Of a DNA stretch of 64,000 bases, positions 7,981 through 18,827 are shown piece by piece. The position numbers and the translations under genes were made by a program. The notes under the pieces were generated by a model. The model was not told the DNA's origin and searched no databases. It worked only from the letters and a program-made list of their open reading frames with translations. This DNA is from an uncultured Candidatus Binatia bacterium (GTDB lineage: Bacteria; Desulfobacterota; Binatia; UBA9968; JAJDTQ01), in the NCBI GenBank assembly GCA_965204205.1, contig OZ241976.1:2343333-2407332 (forward strand), given 5' to 3'. Position 1 is the stretch's first letter; every line of letters starts with the position of its first letter.

Positions 7981-10329
7981 ATGAGCGACGCGGAAAGAGA
8001 CGGTACTAAGGCCAGGCGCGAGCCGCCGCTGGACTTCATCCGCACCATCGTGCGGGACGACCTCGCCGCCGGCAAGCACGCGGGCGGGGTGGTGACGCGT
8101 TTCCCGCCGGAACCCAACGGCTTTCTCCACATCGGCCACGCCAAGTCCATCTGCCTCAACTTCGGGGTCGCCGGAGAGTTCGGCGGGCGTTGCAACCTGC
8201 GCTTCGACGACACCGACCCCGCCAAGGAAGACACGCTTTTCGTCGAAGCCATCAAGGACAACATCCGCTGGCTGGGCTTCGACTGGGGAGAGGGCCTCTA
8301 CAACGCTTCCGACTACTTCGAGGAGCTCTACCGGTTCGCCGTGCAGCTCATCGAGCGGGGCGGCGCCTACGTCTGCAGCCTGAGCGAGGCGGAGATTCGC
8401 GAGACCCGGGGCACGGTGACGGAACCGGGCCGCGGGAGCCCGCACCGCGGCCGCGGCGTCGACGAGAACCTGGACCTCTTCGCGCGCATGCGCGACGGGG
8501 AGTTCCCGGACGGCGCCCACGTGCTGCGGGCGAAGATCGACATGGCGTCCCCGAACATGAAGATGCGCGATCCCGTGATCTACCGCATCCGCCACGTCAC
8601 CCACCACCACACCGGCGACGCCTGGCCCATCTACCCCATGTACGACTTCGCCCATCCGCTGTCGGATGCCCTGGAAGGCGTCACCCACTCGCTCTGCACG
8701 CTGGAGTTCGAGAACAACCGCGAGTTCTACGACTGGATTCTCGGACAGGTGGACGTCCCTTCCACGCCGCGCCAGATCGAGTTCGCCCGGCTGAACCTCG
8801 ACTACACCGTCATGAGCAAGCGCCGGCTGCTGGAGTTGGTGGAGGAGAAGCACGTAGCCGGCTGGGACGATCCGCGCATGCCCACCCTGGCCGGGCTGAG
8901 GCGGCGCGGCTACACACCGGAGGCGATCCGCAACTTCTGCCACAGCGTGGGCATCGCCAAGAGCGACAACACGGTGGAGATCGGGCAACTCGAGCACTTC
9001 GTCCGGGACGACCTGAACCACAAGGCGCCGCGGGTGTTGGCGGTGGAGCGGCCGCTCAAGGTGGTCCTCACCAACTTCCCGGAGGACCGCGTTGAGGAGC
9101 TGGAAGCCCCTTACTTCCCCCACGACGTTCCCAGGGAGGGTTCGCGCACCATCCCCTTTTCCCGCGAGCTCTACATCGAACGGGACGACTTCCTCGAAGA
9201 GCCTCCCAAGGGATACCATCGGCTGGCGCCGGGCCGGGAAGTCCGGCTGCGCTACGCCTACGTCATCCGCTGCGACGAGGCGGTCAAGGACCCCGACACC
9301 GGGGCGGTGCGGGAGTTGCGTTGTTCCTACGACCCGGAGACCCGGAGCGGCTCCGACAGGAGCGGCAAAAAGGTCCAGGGTACCATCCAATGGGTGTCCG
9401 CCGCGCATGCCCTGGAAGCCGAGTTGCGGCTCTACGACCGGCTGTTCTCGGCGCCGGACCCCCAGGGCGATCCGGGCCGCGACTACCGCGAGCTCATGAA
9501 CCCCCGGTCCCTGGAAACCGTCAGCGGCCGGGTGGAGCCGAGCCTGGCCGGCGCGCGTGCGGGCGACCGCTTCCAGTTCGAACGGCTGGGATACTTCTGC
9601 GTGGACCCGGACTCCACGGCCGATGCCCTGGTCTTCAACCGCATCGTGACGCTCCGGGACTCGTGGGCCAAGATCGTGCGGCGAGGCGAGGGCGGCGGAG
9701 AGCGCCGGCGTTCGCGCGGGACGCCGGCAGCCCGCTCGAGCGCCGGCAAGGTTCCGGCCCGGACGCGCGGACCCGTGGACCCGGGATTGCCGGCGGCCCG
9801 GCGTTCGCGCATGGAGCACTACCGCGACCGGTTGGGCCTCGCGCCCGGCGACGCGCTGCTGCTGGCCACGGAGGACGCCCCGGCCGCGTTCTTCGACGAG
9901 GCGGTCCGCGGCCACGACAATCCCAGGGCCGTGGCCAACTGGGTCGTCAACGAGTTGCGCCCGGCGCTGAAGGACAAGCCCCTGGAGTCACTGCCGCTGA
10001 CGCCGGCGGCGCTGGCGGAGCTGGTGGCTCTCATCGACGGCCAGGCCATTTCCGGCAACGCCGCCAAGCAGGTCTTCGCGATGTTGCTCGAGGACGGGGG
10101 GAGCCCGGCGGGGATCGTCGAAAGACTGGGGCTCCGCCAGGTGGCCGACGCCGGACAGATCGAGCCCGCGGTGGACGCGGTCATCGCCGCCAACCCGGCC
10201 AACGTCGCCCTCTATCGTGAAGGAAAGACCAGTCTGCTCGGATTCTTCGTCGGCCAGGTGATGAAATCCACCAACGGCAAGGCCGACCCCCGCCTGGTCA
10301 ACGAGTTGCTGCGCTCGAAGCTCGCGTGA
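7981..10329 (+). CDS. glnS: Glutaminyl-tRNA synthetase with C-terminal YqeY/GatB-like extension
   Basis: HIGH motif (FLHIGHAKS), VMSKR (KMSKS variant) and a class I core of about 555 aa. This is followed by a roughly 220-aa Arg-rich linker plus a YqeY-like helical domain, as in Deinococcus-type GlnRS. Confidence 0.9.
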   Translation: MSDAERDGTKARREPPLDFIRTIVRDDLAAGKHAGGVVTRFPPEPNGFLHIGHAKSICLNFGVAGEFGGRCNLRFDDTDPAKEDTLFVEAIKDNIRWLGFDWGEGLYNASDYFEELYRFAVQLIERGGAYVCSLSEAEIRETRGTVTEPGRGSPHRGRGVDENLDLFARMRDGEFPDGAHVLRAKIDMASPNMKMRDPVIYRIRHVTHHHTGDAWPIYPMYDFAHPLSDALEGVTHSLCTLEFENNREFYDWILGQVDVPSTPRQIEFARLNLDYTVMSKRRLLELVEEKHVAGWDDPRMPTLAGLRRRGYTPEAIRNFCHSVGIAKSDNTVEIGQLEHFVRDDLNHKAPRVLAVERPLKVVLTNFPEDRVEELEAPYFPHDVPREGSRTIPFSRELYIERDDFLEEPPKGYHRLAPGREVRLRYAYVIRCDEAVKDPDTGAVRELRCSYDPETRSGSDRSGKKVQGTIQWVSAAHALEAELRLYDRLFSAPDPQGDPGRDYRELMNPRSLETVSGRVEPSLAGARAGDRFQFERLGYFCVDPDSTADALVFNRIVTLRDSWAKIVRRGEGGGERRRSRGTPAARSSAGKVPARTRGPVDPGLPAARRSRMEHYRDRLGLAPGDALLLATEDAPAAFFDEAVRGHDNPRAVANWVVNELRPALKDKPLESLPLTPAALAELVALIDGQAISGNAAKQVFAMLLEDGGSPAGIVERLGLRQVADAGQIEPAVDAVIAANPANVALYREGKTSLLGFFVGQVMKSTNGKADPRLVNELLRSKLA

Positions 10330-10942
10330 CGGGCGGCAACGGCCGCCCCGGCCGCATGCGGGCGAACGTCGGCCGCCGGATGCCGCGACTGTCGGCCCTT
10401 TGGTGAAACCGAGGGCTGGAATCGCTCCTCCGTTTCCGGAACATCCGATGGCACCCCGAGCAGTTCTCCTGCAAACGCGCGAAGACGGCGTCGGGCGGCA
10501 TCGCCGCAAGCTCCCGCGGCGTAGGTTCCCCGGTGGCTGCGGGGGCGGCGCGGCCCGCCCCACGTTCATTGGATGCCGCCGCCGCCAACGCACCGGCGTA
10601 GTCGGTGAGTTGCCGCGCCATGGCGGAGAAACGCTCCCAATCGACCCATATCTCGGCCTTCGCCCGTGTCGGGTGTTGCAGGCTCCCTTCCGGGAACAAC
10701 GCGGTCAGCTTCTCGTCCCCGTGTCGGGCGATGATTCCCGCGTATGTCTTGACCCGTCCGGCATCGTAGGGTTGCCTTCCGCGCATCATCGCCCCTAAAG
10801 CCTTCATGGCTCGCCCCATGTCTTCCATGGCGTCCATGCGCTGCTTGACGATACCGGTGGCGCCGCGGTGTGCCAGCACCCCGGAGGAAGCCAACGGCAG
10901 CGTCAGGGCGACGGTAGCGGCCAACAAAACCTTCGGCAGCAT
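10298..10942 (-). CDS. Class II c-type cytochrome (cytochrome c'-like) with unusual C-terminal tail
   Basis: Signal peptide [24 protein letters not shown]. Single CSGCH haem site near the C-terminus. A 49-aa basic tail follows and overlaps the convergent glnS 3' end by 32 bp. Confidence 0.6.
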   Translation of the reverse strand: MLPKVLLAATVALTLPLASSGVLAHRGATGIVKQRMDAMEDMGRAMKALGAMMRGRQPYDAGRVKTYAGIIARHGDEKLTALFPEGSLQHPTRAKAEIWVDWERFSAMARQLTDYAGALAAAASNERGAGRAAPAATGEPTPRELAAMPPDAVFARLQENCSGCHRMFRKRRSDSSPRFHQRADSRGIRRPTFARMRPGRPLPPVTRASSAATR

Positions 10943-10961
10943 GGCGACGGCTCCGAGCACC

Positions 10962-11405
10962 TCAAAAGATTCCCTTGGCGCGTTGCAGCGCCCGCACGTA
11001 GCCAATGATGTCCTTGACCTGGCCGTCCGAAAGGCCCGGAACCGGCGCCATGTTGCCGAAACGCCAGTGATGGGCGCGCACGCCCCTCCTCACGGCCAGG
11101 ATGAACGCCATGTCCGAATGGTGGCCCGGCTCGTAGTAGCGGTGAACCAGCGGCGGCCCCTGAGCCGATCCGGCCGCGTTCAGGCCGTGGCAAACCGCGC
11201 ACTTCTGTTTGAACAGCGCCTCGCCGGGCATGCCCTTGACGGGGGCGGCCGGGACCATGGCGGCCATGTTGCCGGGGGTTTGCGTCATGTGCCGGCCATG
11301 GCCGGGCCACATGGCCCATGCCGCCGCCAGCACGGCCGCGACCGCCGCAACGATGAGTATCCTGCTTTTCGTCACTGCCAACGGCCTCGCTCTACGACGC
11401 ACCAC
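10962..11405 (-). CDS. Class I c-type cytochrome (membrane-anchored, CAVCHG)
   Basis: N-terminal hydrophobic anchor, CxxCH, and an M residue about 60 aa downstream as a likely axial ligand. Listed start is GTG; true start uncertain. Confidence 0.65.
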   Translation of the reverse strand: MVRRRARPLAVTKSRILIVAAVAAVLAAAWAMWPGHGRHMTQTPGNMAAMVPAAPVKGMPGEALFKQKCAVCHGLNAAGSAQGPPLVHRYYEPGHHSDMAFILAVRRGVRAHHWRFGNMAPVPGLSDGQVKDIIGYVRALQRAKGIF

Positions 11406-11456
11406 GAAAACGTACCTTTGCCGGAAGGTCGGGAGATGGAAGGGCGGGTCCGGATG

Positions 11457-11996
11457 TCAGGACTTGCCCAGCGTCACCAGCAGACTCGCCAGGTCGTCGG
11501 CGTGCTCCTCTTCCATCTTGAGGATGTCCTCGATGATCCGGCGGGTGGTGGGGTCGTCGTTGGCGAGCCAGCGTATAATCTCGGAGTAGGTCTCGATGGC
11601 CACCCGCTCGGCTACCAGGTCTTCCTTGATCATCGCCTCCAGGGTGTCGCCCTCTTCGTAGGCCGCGTGGGAACGGGTCGCCAGCCCCTCGGGACTGAAG
11701 TTGGGCGAGCCGCCGAGCTGGGTGATGCGCTGGGCCACCCAGTCCGCGTGCATCTGCTCTTCGTTGGCGTGCTGGAGGAACTCCGCCGCCACCGGACCGG
11801 CGTTGATGCCGCTGGCCATGAAATAATGATTCTTGTAGCGCAGGATGCACACGATCTCGGTGGCCAGCACCTCGTTCAGCACCGCCAGCACCTGCTCCCG
11901 GTTGGCCAGATAGGCGCCGGTGACGGCCCCCTGTTCCATCTTCTCCCGCGCCCGTTTCTGGATCGCCTCAAGGTCCGTCTTGAAGGGCTCCTTCAT
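11457..11996 (-). CDS. bfr: Bacterioferritin
   Basis: Ferritin-like four-helix pattern. E...EEQMHADW and ILRYKNHYFMASG resemble Bfr di-iron and haem-Met regions. Start MKEPFKTD placed by codon arithmetic from the ORF end. Confidence 0.8.
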   Translation of the reverse strand: MKEPFKTDLEAIQKRAREKMEQGAVTGAYLANREQVLAVLNEVLATEIVCILRYKNHYFMASGINAGPVAAEFLQHANEEQMHADWVAQRITQLGGSPNFSPEGLATRSHAAYEEGDTLEAMIKEDLVAERVAIETYSEIIRWLANDDPTTRRIIEDILKMEEEHADDLASLLVTLGKS

Positions 11997-12138
11997 TCCG
12001 CTCCCTCCTTCGAAGTGTGTTCGGGTCTGCTGTCCCAACACTTCATTGTACCGCGTTTTCTTGAGGTCCAGAAATGGCGAAGGTGCCGCGATCGGTTTCT
12101 CCTGACACGAAAGCGATACGAAGAGGTGCCGCTCCTCC

Positions 12139-14616
12139 TCAGAACTGCATTCCGAGGCTGAGAAAGAAGGTGCGCCCCCAACCGGCTTCCGTGGGGCCGT
12201 CCACGGCACTCGGGTTGGAGGTGTCCACCGCGAGGCCGGTGTCGGTGACGTTGAATACGCCCGCCGACACGCGCGCACCTTTCAGACCCAGCGGGTCGGC
12301 CCAGTCCAGCACCAGATCGTGGCCGGTCCAGGACCTGAAAGTTCCGGTACCCGTCCGGTTCTTGTAGCCGGCGCGGTAATAGGTGGTCCAGATGGCACTC
12401 AGGCCGCCCCGCCGCGCAAGGATTCCCATGCGGGCGACATTCTTGGGGAGGGGAAACCGGTCCTCTTCGCCCGCGATTCGGAGTTCGGTGCTGGTGACGT
12501 GCCGCCAGGCCGCGCGCAGGCCGACCACTCCCCAGCCCGTCCGGAAGCCCCCGCCGAGCCGTGTATTGATGCCCGAGAGATCGGTCTCGACGACGTTTGC
12601 ATACTTGGCGTGAATCGTGATGTCGCCGGCGGTGCGCTCGATGCAGTTCTCCCTTTCGCCCTCCGCGCATTCATGCAGGTTTTCCATGTGCCAATCCGCG
12701 CTGTTCTGCCCCGGCAGACCGGAGCGAGAAAGCCGATACCATTCCACGTTCAGGAAGAACGGCCCCTTGCGGGCCTCGGCGCCGGCTGCGAGCCTTTCGG
12801 TGTCCCAAGGATCGAGTTCCGGGTTGCCCACCGTCACGCGCGTCACCTGCCGTGGGTTGAGCTCGTCGCAAGAGCGGGGCGGGCTCCCGCTCCCCGGATC
12901 GCACTCGATGTAGGGGTGGCCCTGCACCTCCGAGCTGTAGAGATACAGCATGGAGGGCGGCCTCTCTCCCGCGCCCCAGGAGCCGCGCAGGGTGATGAGG
13001 TCGCTCAGCCGGTAGTCGGCCCCAAGGCGCCAGGACGCCATTCCGCCCACATCGTCGGTTTCGTCCCCGCGCGCCGCGACCCTGAGATCCAGGTTCCCGG
13101 CCAGCGGCAGTGACATCTCGGCAAAGGCCGCGGCGGCCTTGCGCTCGCCTTCATAACTGGCTCCACCGGAACCAAGCACCTGTGACACGTCATAGGTCTC
13201 GCCGTCATTGCTCCGATAGAGGGAGATGTCACGCGCTTTCCCGGTGCCCAGCTCGAGCCCCGCGGTCCATGCGGAATCCCGGCCGCCTATGGCGAATCCG
13301 GACCCTTCCAGCGCCATCCGGGCATCCAGGCCGTCCCAGCCGAAATCGTTCTCCAGCCGCAGGCTGCTGTACTCGATGGCATCCAAATGCTCTTGGGCGT
13401 TCGAGAACGGGTCCGCGAGGTTGTAGCGTCCTGCCCGGATTTCCTCTGTTATCCTTTCGGAGTGCACGAAGGTGTTGCCGTCCACGAAACCGTCCAGCCG
13501 AGAGGCGCTGATACGTGCATCGTAGCCGAGGTCCTCCGTTATCCGCCCTTCGAGGCCGACGGAAACGTCGTATTCCTCGGTGTCCGTCAGCCAGTCCCGG
13601 TTGCCGTGGCGGACAAAGCGATGCGCCGCCACGAACAGGTCGTTGCCGTCCGCCTCGAAGGACGAGCCGGCTGCTTCGTTGATCTCATCCCGCAAGCCCG
13701 GGTTCGGCGTGAACGTGAACGAATCGATGGACGGCGCGTAGCGGAACGCCGCATCGCCCCGCGTTACGTTCACGTCCAGGTGCAGCTCGGACTCTTCGGT
13801 GAGCGGATGGTCCAGGTTCAGGATCGCGCTCTTCTGCTCGTAGCTCCTGGTGTTCCACATGATCGCGCCGTAGGCGAAACCGCAGCCCTTGTCGCCAGGC
13901 GAGGTGATGCTCGGAGGGTTTCTGAGGGGGCCGGTATAGCCTCTCGCCGGGTCGCACTCCCCCAGCGCGACCGACCTCACGCCAGTCGGCATTCCGCCTT
14001 CATCTCGCTGGACGACCCAGACCGTGTTGCCGCCGACGCTGACGTTCTGCGCTTCGTTGAACGCGCCGTCCTTCTTCCAGACGGAACGGCTGTAGTCCCT
14101 GCTCCGGGCGGTAATCTCCTGGCGTGTGAGGACGTCCGCGCCCAGGGTCATGCGGCCCTTGCCCACCGCGCCGCCCCAGAAGACGCTTCCCTGCCAGCCG
14201 TCGCCGCCGTCCCGGCTCGGCATCCGCGCGAGCGCTCGCGTCTCGAAGCCGTCCAGGTCGGTCCGCAGCACGACGTTGAGGGCGCCGCGCACGGCACTGC
14301 CGCCGAGAGTGCCCAGGCTGTCGCCGCTGAGAAGCTCGAGGCGCTCGATGGCCGAAAGCGGCAAGGTGTCCAGATCGCCGGCAGTAGTGGCGTAGGGCCT
14401 GCCGTCGACCATGACGAGCAGGGACTGCCCTCCGGTGAGGAAGTAGCGGGCGATGCCGGTGTCCAGCAGTTCCTGCAGCGTCTGGGCGCCGGAACGCTCG
14501 ATAAAATCCCGCTCGAACTTGGCGATGACGCGCGGGGCGGGCGCCAGCGGGCCGGCATGGACCGCGCTCACCGCCAGTACGGCGAAAACGGCAAGCAAAG
14601 CCAAGAACCTCTTCAT
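12139..14616 (-). CDS. TonB-dependent outer-membrane receptor
   Basis: Signal peptide MKRFLALLAVFAVLAVSAVHA. Plug-domain motifs near the N-terminus. Long beta-rich body and a terminal aromatic F. Confidence 0.8.
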   Translation of the reverse strand: MKRFLALLAVFAVLAVSAVHAGPLAPAPRVIAKFERDFIERSGAQTLQELLDTGIARYFLTGGQSLLVMVDGRPYATTAGDLDTLPLSAIERLELLSGDSLGTLGGSAVRGALNVVLRTDLDGFETRALARMPSRDGGDGWQGSVFWGGAVGKGRMTLGADVLTRQEITARSRDYSRSVWKKDGAFNEAQNVSVGGNTVWVVQRDEGGMPTGVRSVALGECDPARGYTGPLRNPPSITSPGDKGCGFAYGAIMWNTRSYEQKSAILNLDHPLTEESELHLDVNVTRGDAAFRYAPSIDSFTFTPNPGLRDEINEAAGSSFEADGNDLFVAAHRFVRHGNRDWLTDTEEYDVSVGLEGRITEDLGYDARISASRLDGFVDGNTFVHSERITEEIRAGRYNLADPFSNAQEHLDAIEYSSLRLENDFGWDGLDARMALEGSGFAIGGRDSAWTAGLELGTGKARDISLYRSNDGETYDVSQVLGSGGASYEGERKAAAAFAEMSLPLAGNLDLRVAARGDETDDVGGMASWRLGADYRLSDLITLRGSWGAGERPPSMLYLYSSEVQGHPYIECDPGSGSPPRSCDELNPRQVTRVTVGNPELDPWDTERLAAGAEARKGPFFLNVEWYRLSRSGLPGQNSADWHMENLHECAEGERENCIERTAGDITIHAKYANVVETDLSGINTRLGGGFRTGWGVVGLRAAWRHVTSTELRIAGEEDRFPLPKNVARMGILARRGGLSAIWTTYYRAGYKNRTGTGTFRSWTGHDLVLDWADPLGLKGARVSAGVFNVTDTGLAVDTSNPSAVDGPTEAGWGRTFFLSLGMQF

Positions 14617-14648
14617 CGAAAAACTCCTTCCCTTCACACCTGACCGGT

Positions 14649-16292
14649 TCAACGTGCGCCCCGGACTTCCGTGGTGATGAGGTCCAGGATGTCCTGGCTC
14701 GTGATCGAGCCGACGAACGCCTTGGACTCCCGGTCGATCACCGGTATCGCCGTGAGCGAGCTCTCCGTCATCCGCTGGAGGGCGTCTTCCGCCGGCTCGT
14801 CCGCCCACGTATTCGGCGTGCTGGTGCGCGCAATCTTTCCCAGGTCGGTGTCCGCCCACGCATGCTTGGGCAGATACCTGAGCATGGCGAGGGACACGAT
14901 GCCCGCCGATCCGTCACTGCCCTTGATCACGTAGTCCTGTTGTCCGGGCGCGATCCACCGGTCGGCGAACTCGCGAACCGTCAGGTCCGTCTCCGGGTGA
15001 GGATGGTTGCGGTCGATGATGTCGCCGACGGTGATGTCGTCGAGGGCGAAGCGAATCATGGACGGCGGCACCGGCTGGGGCAACGACACAGGATCCGTGG
15101 GCTTGGCCCGGCTTACCGCGAAGCTGATGGCCGGAGGAGTCAGCAGAATGTAGGCGAGCATGATGAGCACGAACAACGAGAAGATGTCGGACCCGATGAG
15201 GCCGTGTTCCAGGAGCACGAGCAGCACGGCGATCTCGGCGACGCCCTTGGCCATCAGGCCGGTGGCGATGGTGAAGGGCATCTCCAGACGGGCCGCCGAT
15301 GCCCCCAGCCAGGCGCCGGCGAAGTTCCCCACCAACGGCACCACGATCAGCGCCACGATGGTCCATATCTGCAACTCGGTGAACGACAGGCTGAGGTGCA
15401 GCCCCGCCGAGCTGAAGAAGAGCGGCACGAAGAAGCCGTCCGCGACGCTCTTCATTCCCGGGATGATATCCCGGTGAACCTGGTGAGGCAGCCGCGAGAG
15501 CGCCACCCCCAGGAGCAACGCCCCGAGGGAGCCGTGCAGACCGATCCGCTCCGCCCCCACCACGGCGATGAACAGGACGCCGAGAATCAGCCCGAACGAC
15601 AGTTGCGGGACCCGCAGCAACCGTTCCAGCAACTCGATCAGCGGTGGGATGACCCGGCCGGCCAGAATCCAGGTGCCCACGATGAAGACGGCGATCTGTC
15701 CAAGCAGGAGCAGCACGCCGTCCAGGCTCACGTGCTCGGCGTGCTCGCCGATGGTGAACCCTATGATCAGCAGCACGAGCAGCTCGGCGATGAGCGCGAC
15801 GGTGAACATTTGGAGCCCGATGGGTTGCCGCAGGCGGTCCGCGTCGATCAACACCTTGGCGACAACGCCCAGGCTGGTGAGAGACAGTACCCCGGCCAAC
15901 GCCAGCGAACCGCTGAAGTCGAGACCCAGGCCGAAGTCGAAGATCAGGTCGAAGGTGACCACCAGGGAGGCCATGATCGGGATCACGACCGATATGACCG
16001 CGGCGATGAAGAACCGGCGATGGATCGCCGCCATGAACGCCGAGACGTCGAGCTCGTCCAGCCCGATCAGGAAGAAATAGAGGAAGATGCCGATGCTGAG
16101 AAGGACCTGCAGGTAGCTGTTGAGCTCGACGATGCCCGTTATCGGGCCGAGGAGAATCCCCGTGGCGGTGTAGGCGACGATGGAGTTCAGCCGGAAGCGC
16201 TGAAGAATGCCTTCCGCCAGCTTGGCGACGACAATGAGCAACCCGGTGGAGAGCAGCGCGTCTTCGAGCATGTCGGATGTTGCGGTCGGCAA
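14649..16292 (-). CDS. Cation:proton antiporter (CPA family Na+/H+ exchanger) with C-terminal CBS-pair domain
   Basis: 10-12 TM helices, then a roughly 130-aa soluble tail with a tandem CBS-like pattern. Confidence 0.8.
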   Translation of the reverse strand: MPTATSDMLEDALLSTGLLIVVAKLAEGILQRFRLNSIVAYTATGILLGPITGIVELNSYLQVLLSIGIFLYFFLIGLDELDVSAFMAAIHRRFFIAAVISVVIPIMASLVVTFDLIFDFGLGLDFSGSLALAGVLSLTSLGVVAKVLIDADRLRQPIGLQMFTVALIAELLVLLIIGFTIGEHAEHVSLDGVLLLLGQIAVFIVGTWILAGRVIPPLIELLERLLRVPQLSFGLILGVLFIAVVGAERIGLHGSLGALLLGVALSRLPHQVHRDIIPGMKSVADGFFVPLFFSSAGLHLSLSFTELQIWTIVALIVVPLVGNFAGAWLGASAARLEMPFTIATGLMAKGVAEIAVLLVLLEHGLIGSDIFSLFVLIMLAYILLTPPAISFAVSRAKPTDPVSLPQPVPPSMIRFALDDITVGDIIDRNHPHPETDLTVREFADRWIAPGQQDYVIKGSDGSAGIVSLAMLRYLPKHAWADTDLGKIARTSTPNTWADEPAEDALQRMTESSLTAIPVIDRESKAFVGSITSQDILDLITTEVRGAR

Positions 16293-16413
16293 CGAAACCG
16301 GGGTGCGTCCATGGCAAAGGAGAAGCCACTTCGACGCCCGGCGGCCGATCCCGCGGGCACTCTAGTCGATTCGAGGTGGCGGTGCAACCCGCCGACTCGC
16401 GGCGCTCCGTGCC

Positions 16414-16971
16414 TCAAGCGGGGTTCAATCCGAGGCGCTCGTCACGCCGGCGCAGCCAGACGATGAAGGGCAAGGCGAGCACCACCATCCAGGACTTCCC
16501 GAGCACTTGTCCCAGCAGGAACTCGATGCTGCCGAAGGCCAAGTACAGGAACAGGATGCTGTCGACGATGAGGCCCACGATGCTGCTGGCGAATACGGCC
16601 AGGATCAGCCGGCGCCGCTGCAACGGCGTATAGACGGCAAGGTCGGCGGTCTCCGAGAAGAGAAAGGCCGCGCCGGATGCCACCACCAGCGCCGGCGGCG
16701 CGACGAGCGCCGACAACAGGGCGCCGACGACCACGGCCACCGCCGCCCACCGGACGCCGATCCGGCGCTGCACCAGGTCACGGAGCACGAACGCCAGGCC
16801 GATCACCACCACCCCGCTCGGCGCCATGACCCCGGGCGCCACCGGAATCAGGCACGGCGAGTTCGGCGGGCACACCGTCCCCACGTTCCCGATGAGCCAG
16901 TTGGCGGCCGGGATGCACAAACCGAACCCGATTAGAAAAAGGACCCCTTCCCTGCGCCTTCGACGTTCCAT
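16414..16971 (-). CDS. VUT-family (YhhQ/queuosine-precursor transporter-like, COG1738) membrane protein
   Basis: Small polytopic protein with the conserved internal pattern of the DUF165/VUT family. Start chosen at MERRRRREG. Confidence 0.6.
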   Translation of the reverse strand: MERRRRREGVLFLIGFGLCIPAANWLIGNVGTVCPPNSPCLIPVAPGVMAPSGVVVIGLAFVLRDLVQRRIGVRWAAVAVVVGALLSALVAPPALVVASGAAFLFSETADLAVYTPLQRRRLILAVFASSIVGLIVDSILFLYLAFGSIEFLLGQVLGKSWMVVLALPFIVWLRRRDERLGLNPA

Positions 16972-17087
16972 ATCGGACACCAGCGTACCTCCCACCTGTG
17001 CACCTTCTAGCGGGTTCGTCCCGCGGTGCGCAAGGTCGCGGCGTCGTAACGCTACAGCGAGTCAGCGCAGACCGTCGGATACCGCGC

Positions 17088-17546
17088 TCATGCCCGGGAG
17101 CGGTAGCGCTTCGGCGGCTGCGGGTTGTTGGCGGGGTTGGTGTCGTGTTTCGCCATGGCGGTAACCACCGAGCCGCCCACCAGGGGCTTCAGATCGGCCT
17201 CCAGCGCGTCGGCTTTGTCCTTGTCGTAGACCTCGTCGCCGTCCACGTAGAGGGTGAAGGACTTGATGTACCTCGCCTTCTTCACGGGGTCCTCGATGGT
17301 GGCCCGGGTCCAGGCGTAGAGCGGGAATCGGTCGACGCCCTGCCGCTCGGCCTCGGCGCAATAGCCGGCGAAGGCGTCGTACTGGCATTGCAGCACGGCG
17401 TTGTGTCTGGCGAGTATGTCGTCGAGCGGCTCGAGGTCCGGATGCCCCTCACCGGCCCGGGCGGCCTTGGCGGCCTCGTCCGCGAGATCGATGCGTAGCT
17501 GGTACCGCCATCGGCCGGCGGTCCCTTTGGAAGCGTCCTCTGCCAT
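17088..17546 (-). CDS. Hypothetical protein
   Basis: 152-aa ORF with host-like codon bias, lying between the VUT and MFS genes. No recognisable motif. Confidence 0.4.
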   Translation of the reverse strand: MAEDASKGTAGRWRYQLRIDLADEAAKAARAGEGHPDLEPLDDILARHNAVLQCQYDAFAGYCAEAERQGVDRFPLYAWTRATIEDPVKKARYIKSFTLYVDGDEVYDKDKADALEADLKPLVGGSVVTAMAKHDTNPANNPQPPKRYRSRA

Positions 17547-17628
17547 AGCCTCATCTCCGGTCCCGAGTCTGATATCGAACGGCCTGCTCCGGCAACCGCG
17601 CCGCGGCCAGCGCTCCGCGAGCCTTCGC

Positions 17629-18801
17629 CTACCGCTCCAGCGTCTCCTTTGCGACGAACGCCAGCCCGGCGGCGGCGCCCAGCAGAATCGGCGCGTAGAA
17701 GAGGAACGTCGTGCCGGCGCTCATGAGGTCCACGAGCCAGCCGCCCACCAGCGGTCCCATCACCGCGCCGGACTCGCCCACGGTCCGGCGCAACCCCTGA
17801 AGGCGTCCCCGGGCCTCCGCCGGGATCACGTCGTAGGTGGACACCGCCAGGGCGCCCAGGGAGATGCCCTGGGCAAGGCCGATGACTACCATGATGACCG
17901 TGAGCTCGGACAGCGTCGAGGCGAACGGGAAGGCAAGGAAGGCGATGCCCGGGAGCGCCGTGCTGGGGACGCTGGCATACTTGCGGCCGACGCGGTCGGT
18001 GATGAAGCCCGCGGGCAGGATCATCAGCAGGACGAAAACGCCGGAAACGCCGAACAGGCCGCCCACGTGCGCCGCGGAGAATCCGAGCTCGACCCCGGCG
18101 TAAAGCGGCAGCATGCCCTGGAGCGTGGTGCGGTACATCTGCATGCTGAAAGTCGCGATCACCAGCGTCACGAAGGTGGCGCGCAGGCCGGGAAGGACGT
18201 CCGAGACCTTTCCCCACCAGGCGATCTTGCCCACGTGTCCCCGCGCCGTGTCTTTCCGGGCCAGCACCGCGGTCACGAACACCGCCAGGGCGACGGCCGC
18301 GTAGACCGTGAACACCATCCTGAACCCCACCCACTGGGCAATGATCCCGCCCGCCACCGGACCGAGGGCCATGCCCGCCGACTTGACCCCCATGAAGCCG
18401 CTCAGCAGGCGCCCCCGCTGACGCCGGGGCACCATCTCGACGCCCGACACCTCGCGCCCCATGGTCCAGACGCTGTCGCCGACGCCGGCCAGGAACTGCC
18501 CGAGAAAGAGCAGAGCGAAGTAGGGGGTGACGGCGGTCATGAAGGCGCCGCTCAGCACCAAGGCGCTCCCCACGAGCATGGTAACCTTGGCGCCGTAGCG
18601 GTCCAGGAGCAAGCCCGCCGGGATCAGGACGACGGTCCGGCCCAGGGCGTGGGCGGTCACCACCTGCACCGCCAGTCCCGCCGACACCGCGAAGGACTCC
18701 GCCAGCAAGGGGATGGTGGGGAACACCATACCCTGCCCCAGGCTCATGACGAGGACCGTGCTGTAAAGAAGTGCGAGGCTGCCGGCCCCTGGGCCCGTCA
18801 T
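17629..18801 (-). CDS. MFS transporter
   Basis: 390 aa, 12 TM helices, DRxGRK-like loop motif (DRYGAKV; DRVGRKY). Start MTGPGAGSL confirmed by cat at 18799-18801. The 1250-aa ORF-track extension is antisense to other genes. Confidence 0.8.
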   Translation of the reverse strand: MTGPGAGSLALLYSTVLVMSLGQGMVFPTIPLLAESFAVSAGLAVQVVTAHALGRTVVLIPAGLLLDRYGAKVTMLVGSALVLSGAFMTAVTPYFALLFLGQFLAGVGDSVWTMGREVSGVEMVPRRQRGRLLSGFMGVKSAGMALGPVAGGIIAQWVGFRMVFTVYAAVALAVFVTAVLARKDTARGHVGKIAWWGKVSDVLPGLRATFVTLVIATFSMQMYRTTLQGMLPLYAGVELGFSAAHVGGLFGVSGVFVLLMILPAGFITDRVGRKYASVPSTALPGIAFLAFPFASTLSELTVIMVVIGLAQGISLGALAVSTYDVIPAEARGRLQGLRRTVGESGAVMGPLVGGWLVDLMSAGTTFLFYAPILLGAAAGLAFVAKETLER

Positions 18802-18827
18802 CGAGAAGCACCCGGAGCCGGAACCGG

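Noticed and set aside
7954-9915. 653-aa minus-strand ORF opposite glnS
   Set aside because: glnS on the plus strand has unmistakable class I synthetase motifs. The antisense frame is a compositional artefact.
14862-16466. 534-aa plus-strand ORF with an acidic/His-rich translation opposite the Na+/H+ antiporter gene
   Set aside because: The antiporter (minus) shows 10 or more TM helices and a CBS tail. The plus-frame product is low-complexity and has no RBS.
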